Below, piece after piece: positions 35,010 through 41,756 of a stretch of 64,000 bases of DNA (positions are counted from its first letter, which is position 1; each line of letters opens with the position of its first letter). The translations under genes were made by a program, and so were the position numbers. The stretch spans positions 47,488 to 111,487 of the forward strand of contig JAGLQO010000001.1 in assembly GCA_023136775.1 (NCBI GenBank). The letters run 5' to 3'. Under the pieces are notes generated by a model. That model did no database searches. It saw only the letters and a program-made list of their open reading frames with translations, and was not told where the DNA came from. This DNA is from Candidatus Pacearchaeota archaeon (lineage in GTDB: Archaea; Nanobdellota; Nanobdellia; Pacearchaeales; GW2011-AR1).

Positions 35010-35231
35010 TTATTTTACTCCATACAAAACTTTGGCTTTGTACATTTTTTTAAGTATACCTTCTTTAAATCCAGCTTTCTTTCCAGGGTCAAAAAATTTA
35101 GTTTGATAATTAATAAGTTTTCTTGTTGATCTACTATCTAAATCGGTTTTGTCTTCAGTAATATACTTGATGTAACATTCTCGTGCTTTATTGAGTGCAA
35201 CTCTTGCTTCTCTTCCATAATTTCTTTCCAT
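35010..35231 (-). CDS. small basic protein (73 aa)
   Basis: ORF translationally coupled to both neighbours. Confidence 0.5.
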   Translation of the reverse strand: MERNYGREARVALNKARECYIKYITEDKTDLDSRSTRKLINYQTKFFDPGKKAGFKEGILKKMYKAKVLYGVK

Positions 35232-35232
35232 C

Positions 35233-35670
35233 TTATTCAGTTAATATCTTTTCAAGCATTTCTGCTCTAGAAGTCTTTTCATTTATTTGTAGATTATGTT
35301 CACGAAGTTCTCTTTTTAGTAATGAGATATCTCTCCAACATCCTATTTTTTCATTAAGTTGTAATTCTGAAATATCTAGTTGTTTCTTTCTTAGTTCGGA
35401 TCTTTCTCTGGCAAATTCAGAATCATCTTCTCCTTTTGGGGCATTTTCTAATAGAAAATTATTGATGCTACTTTTCATGGCTTCGCCTTCTTTGATGAAT
35501 CGTCCACTTAAAGTATTTCTTTCGCCAATCATTTCTTTAATTTCTGTTACTACGTCCTTTAAAGAGTCAATCTTTGCTTGTCCTACGGAACTAAAGTTTT
35601 CAGAGGAGGTATTCCACGTATTTCCCCTAATAGGATTTTGAGGTATTTCGTTTATTTTGAGGTTTTCCAT
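35233..35670 (-). CDS. coiled-coil protein (145 aa)
   Basis: first gene of the three-gene unit; TTTATATA box ends 21 nt before the ATG; no RBS. Confidence 0.55.
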   Translation of the reverse strand: MENLKINEIPQNPIRGNTWNTSSENFSSVGQAKIDSLKDVVTEIKEMIGERNTLSGRFIKEGEAMKSSINNFLLENAPKGEDDSEFARERSELRKKQLDISELQLNEKIGCWRDISLLKRELREHNLQINEKTSRAEMLEKILTE

Positions 35671-35771
35671 GATGAAATAACCTATTTTGGCTATATAAAT
35701 GTTTCTATTTGTTGTTTCTTTAAAGGGGTAACAATTTAGATATATTTTGGATAAATCTTAGGTTATTAAGT

Positions 35772-36377
35772 TTAATCTTCTTGATTTTGAAAAATAGGAT
35801 GTTTTATTACTCTATAATAATTTCCTTCTTTTGAGTCGTTTTCAAATCCTAGAGATTCAAATAGCAACATTGACTTGTAATTATCTTCGTGAATTTTTGC
35901 TATAGTTGGAATACCTACATTTGTAATATTATTAATGAGTTCTTTTGCATGTCCTTGATTTCTGTTGTTTTCGTTAACTGCAATTATTCTAAGATATCTT
36001 CTGAATCCATTGTCTTCATAGGCAGCGGCAGCAACTATATTGTCTGATGTTAAATTATTTCTTACTATAATACTATTTTCATCTTTTTCTAGGCTTGATA
36101 CAACATGGTATCCATGATCTACTCTTGAAAATAATGAATCTATTTCTTTTTCTTCTGTTGTTTCATAAGGTCTTGTCTCGAAGTTATCGAGTCCAGCATC
36201 ATTAGTATCGTTATTAATTGCAAGATATTTGTTTGTAAGTTCTGGTGTCCATCCGCCATTTTTTTCTGCCTTTTCTATTATAGAATCTAAACTTTCTATA
36301 AATATATTATGATATTTATCTTTATAAAGTTTACTATTTGTTGTTTCTGTGAAGTAGTGACACTTATTTGAAAACCA
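35772..36377 (-). pseudogene. GNAT-family N-acetyltransferase-like ORF without a usable start codon
   Basis: I translated 201 open codons between TAG (36380-36378) and TAA (35774-35772); contains RIIAVNENNRNQGHAKELI (acetyl-CoA motif A-like); no ATG/GTG/TTG until 27 codons before the stop, so missing from the ORF track. Confidence 0.55.
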
Positions 36378-36456
36378 CTATATCTCTAGAAATAAATTGA
36401 TCTGGACGAGATTCTAAAATTGGTTTTATATAAACTTTCAATCCAGTTTTTTCTGC
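36367..36456. repeat. 90-bp direct repeat, copy 1 (detached copy of the last 30 codons of the methyltransferase gene)
   Basis: 89/90 identical to 37354..37443 by direct comparison; the single difference is synonymous (TAT/TAC). Confidence 0.9.
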
Positions 36457-36505
36457 TACCGTATGTTGACACAGATTATTTAAAGCTAAATATATTAACA
36501 ATGAA

Positions 36506-37333
36506 ATGGAAGATGGAAAGAAGTTAGTCATTTTTCAAGATAAGAAGATAAGAAGAATTTGGCATAATAATGAATGGTATTTTTCAGTAAGTGATATTAT
36601 AGCGGTTTTAACAAATAGTATTGATCCTGTAGCATATTGGAGAAAATTAAAGCAAAGGCTAAATGAAGAAGGAGATAAAACCGTGACAAATTGTCACGGT
36701 TTGAAAATGCTTGCTCCAGATGGAAAATTAAGATTTACAGACTGTGCAAATACAAGATCTCTTTTCAGAATAATACAATCTATTCCTTCAAAGAAAGCTG
36801 AACCATTTAAGCAATGGCTAGCACAAGTGGGATATGAACGAATCGAAGAAATTCAAGATCCAGAACTAGGGCAGAACAGAATAAAAGAATATTATCAGCT
36901 TAAGGGATACCCAAAAGAATGGATTGATAAAAGACTTCGTGGAATTGCAATACGACAAGAACTAACAGATGAATGGAAAAATAGAGATATTAAGATGCAA
37001 AAAGAATTTGCAATTCTGACTAACGAAATTTCTAAAGCAACATTTGGTAAAACAATTGGAGAATATAAAGATTTTAAGGGACTTGATAAAGAAAATCTAA
37101 GGGATCACATGTCTGACTGGGAACTTATTTTAACAATGTTCGGAGAAAAAGCAACAACTGATATAACAAAAGAAATTAATTCTAGGGGATTTGAAGAGTG
37201 CCAAGATTCTGCGAAAGAAGGTGGAAATGCCGCAAAAGAAGCAAGAGAAAGCGTAGAAAAACGTTTGGGAAAATCAGTTATTTCTAATGAAAATTATTTA
37301 TCGAAACAAAAAGAAAATAAGACGTTAGAATAA
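36506..37333 (+). CDS. BRO-N (Bro/KilA-N-type) domain protein
   Basis: N-terminus LVIFQDKKIRRIWHNNEWYFSVSDIIAVLTNS is typical BRO-N; A/T TATA-like box upstream. Confidence 0.7.
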   Translation: MEDGKKLVIFQDKKIRRIWHNNEWYFSVSDIIAVLTNSIDPVAYWRKLKQRLNEEGDKTVTNCHGLKMLAPDGKLRFTDCANTRSLFRIIQSIPSKKAEPFKQWLAQVGYERIEEIQDPELGQNRIKEYYQLKGYPKEWIDKRLRGIAIRQELTDEWKNRDIKMQKEFAILTNEISKATFGKTIGEYKDFKGLDKENLRDHMSDWELILTMFGEKATTDITKEINSRGFEECQDSAKEGGNAAKEARESVEKRLGKSVISNENYLSKQKENKTLE

Positions 37334-37350
37334 TAAAACTTTACAATTTT

Positions 37351-38430
37351 TCATTTGAAAACCACTATATCTCTAGAAATAAATTGATCTGGACGAGATT
37401 CTAAAATTGGTTTTATGTAAACTTTCAATCCAGTTTTTTCTGCAATTTTTTGAGCATCTGTATGAAAGTCTCTAATAGTTGGAAATGTAATTGCTATATT
37501 TGCTTTTGGTTTTTTTACTTTTGCTAGTTTAGACAGAATTGGAATCATATAAGCTTCAAAGTTTCTAATAATTTGTTTTGCTTCATTATCATTTGGTTTC
37601 TTTCTTAAAACTTTTCCTAGTGGAGTTTCGGTTGCGATTCCTGAAAATTGTAAATCAGGAGTTTTTCTTGAGTCTTTATTTTCAATGGTATACTTTGAAT
37701 TAAATTTGTAATTTTCTTTCATCCATTCCAAATTTGCAATAGCATCAATTGTAGCTTGTTTATCTTTATCTATTCCATGAACATTAATTCCTTTAATTAG
37801 AGCTTCTTGTAATATCCCGCCAACTCCACAAAACGGATCAAGCATTAAATCTCTAGGCTTAGCTCCAGACAGGTTAATTAAAATCTTAGAAAGTCTAGGT
37901 GAAATAGCTAAAAGCTCTCGTCTCATTGGTTTGTTCATATCACGATTCTTAACGTCTTTGCTGTCATATTCTTGCGTAGAAGTTCCAAAGTAAGTAACGC
38001 CAGCATCTTCATAACAAAATATGTAGAATTCAGCCTTAGGAATATTGATTTTACTTCCGTCTTGCATTTTCAATTGTTTGCTTCCGTGCTTTATCGTAGC
38101 CTTTTTCTTTCGTTCTTTAAATTTGTTTTTTAGGAGTTCTTCATCAATATTTCCAAAAATTCCGTAAGAAAATTTGTCTGCGGGAACAATTTCAATAGAC
38201 TCTAAATGTTCTTCTAACTTTTCAGGAGTCCCCTCAAAAGTAATTTCTCCGAGCCACATAATCCCACCAAATTCTTGAATGTTAAATTTTTCACCTTCAT
38301 TAGTTTCAATAATTAAAATATTATCTCTAAACATAATTTCTTTGTGCTCTCTATTTCTAGTTTTTAGAAATTCTAGTATTTCTGCCCTAGAAAGTTCAGG
38401 GTTACGACCGAGGATAAAAAAGGTTTTCAT
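37351..38430 (-). CDS. THUMP-like/SAM-dependent RNA (tRNA guanine-N2) methyltransferase, Trm11/Trm-G10-like
   Basis: SAM motif LMLDPFCGVGGILQEALIKG; family size and archaeal context fit. Confidence 0.7.
   Translation of the reverse strand: MKTFFILGRNPELSRAEILEFLKTRNREHKEIMFRDNILIIETNEGEKFNIQEFGGIMWLGEITFEGTPEKLEEHLESIEIVPADKFSYGIFGNIDEELLKNKFKERKKKATIKHGSKQLKMQDGSKINIPKAEFYIFCYEDAGVTYFGTSTQEYDSKDVKNRDMNKPMRRELLAISPRLSKILINLSGAKPRDLMLDPFCGVGGILQEALIKGINVHGIDKDKQATIDAIANLEWMKENYKFNSKYTIENKDSRKTPDLQFSGIATETPLGKVLRKKPNDNEAKQIIRNFEAYMIPILSKLAKVKKPKANIAITFPTIRDFHTDAQKIAEKTGLKVYIKPILESRPDQFISRDIVVFK
37354..37443. repeat. 90-bp direct repeat, copy 2 (3' end of the intact methyltransferase gene)
   Basis: see 36367..36456. 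Confidence 0.9.
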
Positions 38431-38476
38431 GATTATAAGAAATATTGATGATATATAAGTTTAAGCTCTTGAAGAT

Positions 38477-39028
38477 TTACGCTGTAATTGGAGTTTCGAA
38501 TTTTACAGTTTCTGTTCCAACTTTGCAAGCTAATCTTGCTTTAGAGGATTTGATTAATTTTCTAGCTTCAATTTCTTGTTTTGGTGTTTTAACCCCAATA
38601 ATATAAAGAGTTTGATTTGCTTTTACTAATGCAGCTCTTCCCATAGTTTTACCGAAAGCTCGACTCATACCAGTCTGCATACGGTCAGCACCAGCACCAG
38701 TAAGCATTTTATTTTCTCTTAAAATATGATGTGGGTGAACCTTTACTTCAAGATAGAATTCTTTTCCTATTTTAATTTGAAGAAATCTGTTATAGAACTG
38801 ACGAACAGCTTCTAGGGCATTATCTCTAATTTGGCAGTTTTCTTTAGAGGTTACATGAATTTGAATAGGGTATTCACCTTTGTCAAAGCCTTGAATATCT
38901 CCCATTTTGAATTTCACAATTTTTGCATTTGGGACTGCTTTAATATAATTTTTTGTTCTTTTTTTAGAAACTCTTGTATATGGTCTTGCGTATCTTTTAG
39001 AGTATGCTGAACCTTTTCTTAATGCCAT
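38477..39028 (-). CDS. rpl10e: 50S ribosomal protein L10e (uL16)
   Basis: MALRKGSAYSKRYARPYTRVSKK...HPHHILRENKMLTGAGADRMQTGM is a characteristic L10e sequence. Confidence 0.9.
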   Translation of the reverse strand: MALRKGSAYSKRYARPYTRVSKKRTKNYIKAVPNAKIVKFKMGDIQGFDKGEYPIQIHVTSKENCQIRDNALEAVRQFYNRFLQIKIGKEFYLEVKVHPHHILRENKMLTGAGADRMQTGMSRAFGKTMGRAALVKANQTLYIIGVKTPKQEIEARKLIKSSKARLACKVGTETVKFETPITA

Positions 39029-39029
39029 C

Positions 39030-39296
39030 TTAGTTAACCTCTACATCAGTTCCAATTGATTGTCCTGGTAATCCTCTTTCAAAGATTGCTCGAACTACTC
39101 CGTTTCCGCCGTGCGCTGAAGAAATTTTACCTGTGATTGTTTTTGGTTCTTTGCCTGTGCTAGTCCAGACTGCAGTTTTGCTTACGAACTTATTTGCCTT
39201 TTCTCTGGAGTCACATCCAGGAATTTCAATTAAGAAATGTCTAGGTTTGAATACTTTTCGTCCTCTTCGGAATTGAATAACTTTTGCAGTAACCAT
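39030..39296 (-). CDS. rpl35ae: 50S ribosomal protein L35Ae (eL33)
   Basis: start at MVTAKVIQFRRGRK; C-terminus GKISSAHGGNGVVRAIFERGLPGQSIG matches the L35Ae family. Confidence 0.85.
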   Translation of the reverse strand: MVTAKVIQFRRGRKVFKPRHFLIEIPGCDSREKANKFVSKTAVWTSTGKEPKTITGKISSAHGGNGVVRAIFERGLPGQSIGTDVEVN

Positions 39297-39341
39297 GTTA
39301 ATTGATTGAAATTTCACTTTAAAAAGCTTGTGATTAAAAGA

Positions 39342-39540
39342 TTGACATTTTCTTCTGGTGAAGAAAATCGTCAGAGGAAATTTTGCAGAATTTCTAGATT
39401 CCAGACCCCTTACCGATTTTATCGCAGATGGTCTGATATTGTGAGGGAATTTATTTTAAATTCCCGTTGTTCGAAGTGTTTGGATTGAGCAAAAAAAAAT
39501 AATCTTAAAAGTCGAGGTGAAAGTCCACTGAAAATGTCAA
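39342..39540 (+). ncRNA. structured RNA-like element, family copy A
   Basis: four hairpins (39347-39368, 39377-39394, 39402-39435, 39445-39465), plus the 11-nt terminal pairing 39342-39352/39530-39540; homologous to 56463..56700 and 63490..63604. Confidence 0.5.
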
Positions 39541-39587
39541 TTTTTCTTTACCCAAATCTTTAAAAAGCAAAATTGTTCATTATCTTT

Positions 39588-39842
39588 ATGGAAATTAAAA
39601 TTCTAAAAGATGAGAAAGATTGTCTGGATATTGAGTTGAATAATTTGACTATTGCTGAAGTTTTACGAAGCTACCTTGTAAAAGAAGATGTTAAATTAGC
39701 AGCTTGGAAAAGAGATAATCCTTATGCAAATCCTATTTTGCATATTGAAGCTAGCGATCCTAAAAAGGCTTTGAAAGCGGCAATTGTAGCTTTAGAAAAA
39801 GAAGTTGATTCTGTAGTGGAAGATTTCAAAAAACTTAAGTAG
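39588..39842 (+). CDS. rpoL: DNA-directed RNA polymerase subunit L (Rpo11)
   Basis: MEIKILKDEKDCLDIELNNLTIAEVLRSYL matches the Rpo11/RpoL N-terminus; TATA-like CTTTAAAAAG about 25 nt upstream. Confidence 0.8.
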   Translation: MEIKILKDEKDCLDIELNNLTIAEVLRSYLVKEDVKLAAWKRDNPYANPILHIEASDPKKALKAAIVALEKEVDSVVEDFKKLK

Positions 39843-39931
39843 GCTTATTTTATTTTTTATTAATTGTTATGTAATATAGATTCATCTAAAATAAAAAATA
39901 ATAAAAAATCATCTGTTTGATATTTATTTAA

Positions 39932-40144
39932 TTAATCTACCCATTGAACATTTTCGAATTCATGTTTGGTAGCAATCAAAATGATATCTACAATCCACCA
40001 GATTCCAAATCCACCAAATGTGAAAAGTTTTAACAGTCCTGTCCCAACTTTTCCCATGATAAATCTGTCGACGCCTAGAGATCCGAAAATTACGGAAAAC
40101 ACTAGGGCAACAATCCAATTTACCTTTCTTTTTGTTTTTGCCAT
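39932..40144 (-). CDS. TM2-domain membrane protein
   Basis: GVDRFIMGKVGTGLLKLFTFGGFGIWWIVD is a TM2 signature. Confidence 0.8.
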   Translation of the reverse strand: MAKTKRKVNWIVALVFSVIFGSLGVDRFIMGKVGTGLLKLFTFGGFGIWWIVDIILIATKHEFENVQWVD

Positions 40145-40233
40145 AATTATTAAATAATTTTTAGTTATATAAATATATGTAGCAGGAATAAATTTGTCGG
40201 TAATTATTTAAATTAAATTAAACTTTAATTCAT

Positions 40234-40425
40234 ATGGAATCACAAATGATAAACGTCGACGCCGATGATTTAAGGCAGCTTATATCGGATGTTAAGTTAA
40301 TGAAAGAAATTCTTTTGTCAAATGGATTGTACTCTGAAGATGAACTTAGTGATTGGGCAAAAAAAGAGTTAAAGGAATCAAGAGAAGAGAATGAGGAAAA
40401 TTATGTATCTCTTGAAAATTTATGA
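40234..40425 (+). CDS. putative antitoxin (63 aa, acidic)
   Basis: 4-nt ATGA overlap with the downstream RelE-like gene. Confidence 0.5.
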   Translation: MESQMINVDADDLRQLISDVKLMKEILLSNGLYSEDELSDWAKKELKESREENEENYVSLENL

Positions 40426-40670
40426 ATTTCGAAATAAAATTTTCATCTAGGTTCGCCAAATTTCTAAGAAGTTTACCTAATAATATTCTAAGTAGAATAA
40501 AAAATAAATTTGAAATAGTTTCTACAGATCCATTTAGATATCTTAAACATTTTGAGGGGGATGGGTATAAACTCAGGATTGGAGATTTCAGAGCAATTAT
40601 TGATGTCGACAAGGATAGAAATATTTTATTTGTTAGAATTTTTGATAGAAGAGGCAGAATTTACAAATGA
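40422..40670 (+). CDS. RelE/ParE-family toxin
   Basis: YKLRIGDFRAIIDVDKDRNILFVRIFDRRGRIY matches the RelE core. Confidence 0.7.
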   Translation: MNFEIKFSSRFAKFLRSLPNNILSRIKNKFEIVSTDPFRYLKHFEGDGYKLRIGDFRAIIDVDKDRNILFVRIFDRRGRIYK

Positions 40671-41474
40671 ATGCGTTTGAATATAAATCCTTTTAATATT
40701 GAATATTTATATTATTTCATGGAAACTGAGTCAAGAATATCTGCTGGAGCTTATGATTTGAATAAGTTTTTGGTTGGAGGATATGAAACAGATATTATAA
40801 CAACGCTTTATGGGTCGGGTGGTTCTGGCAAATCAAATTTTTGTATAATGGTTGCAGTTTCTCAAGCAAAGAAAGGAAATAAAGTTATTTTTATTGATAC
40901 TGAGGGTGGATTTTCCGTAGATAGATTTAGGCAAATTCATTCAGGAGAGGAGTCAGACATTAAGAGAGATTTGCAAAATGTTTTACTTTTGAAGCCAACT
41001 AGTTTTAAGGAGCAGGAAAAATCTTTTGAGCAGTTATTAAAACATGTGAAAGCCGGAGATGTTAATTTAATCGTCGTGGATTCGATTGCAATGCTTTATA
41101 GAATTGAGCTTGGAGAGGCTATTAATTCAAAGGATTCTTATAAAATCAGCGAAGTCAATAGAAAGTTGGCTGTTCAGCTTCGAACATTGAACGAGATTTC
41201 GCGGAAGCAAAATATTCCAGTCATTGTTACAAATCAAGTATATTCAACTTTTATTTCTGATGATCGATTACCATCTACTAATTCAACTTCTGAACCAAGG
41301 GCCTCTATGGTTGGAGGAGATTTGTTAAAATATTGGAGTAAGTGTATTATTGAATTACAAAATAATTTTGGAAAACGAAAAATAATTTTAAAGAAACATC
41401 GAAGTATACCAAATAAAGAATTTAATTTTGAAATTGTTAATACAGGGATTAAGAAGAAATCAGCATTTTTCTAA
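40671..41474 (+). CDS. radB: RadB-like recombinase paralogue
   Basis: Walker A YGSGGSGKS, IFIDTEGGFSVDRF, Walker B LIVVDSI; the true start may be METESR at 40719. Confidence 0.8.
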   Translation: MRLNINPFNIEYLYYFMETESRISAGAYDLNKFLVGGYETDIITTLYGSGGSGKSNFCIMVAVSQAKKGNKVIFIDTEGGFSVDRFRQIHSGEESDIKRDLQNVLLLKPTSFKEQEKSFEQLLKHVKAGDVNLIVVDSIAMLYRIELGEAINSKDSYKISEVNRKLAVQLRTLNEISRKQNIPVIVTNQVYSTFISDDRLPSTNSTSEPRASMVGGDLLKYWSKCIIELQNNFGKRKIILKKHRSIPNKEFNFEIVNTGIKKKSAFF

Positions 41475-41492
41475 AGAAAAATATTGATTTCT

Positions 41493-41585
41493 TGGTGAGC
41501 GGGTATGGGGCTTCGGGTGAGCGGGTTTTAAGACAAGTGAATGTTCGTTCACGATTTATTGTAAATACATTGTTGTTCGTTGTGG
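41493..41585. repeat. GC-richer segment shared with 33424..33515 (intergenic here)
   Basis: see 33424..33515; embedded in a 41.49-41.73 kb island with at least seven GAGCG-core motifs. Confidence 0.7.
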
Positions 41586-41756
41586 CGAGCTTATGGGGTT
41601 TTCGTTGTTGGAGTGTTAGTGATTAGTTGAATAAGTCGTTCGAGTGGAGTAGATACGGAGCGGTTATGAGATGAGCGGAAAGGACGAGTTCGGGCGAGCG
41701 AATAAATATGATTAGGCGCGAGCTTATCTAAATAATTTTTTTCATAATGCAAAGTT

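Noticed and set aside
39306-39488. 60-aa plus-strand ORF between rpl35ae and rpoL
   Set aside because: It coincides with the conserved multi-hairpin element, whose differences between copies are compensatory in stems rather than codon-like. No RBS or TATA is placed for it.
39514-39526. GAGGTGAAAGTCC, which resembles the RNase P RNA CR-I motif (GAGGAAAGUCC)
   Set aside because: The motif sits at the 3' end of the element just before rpoL. I could not find the partner CR-V/P4 strand or other RNase P helices, and the element has three divergent copies. It stays unresolved and needs cmsearch.
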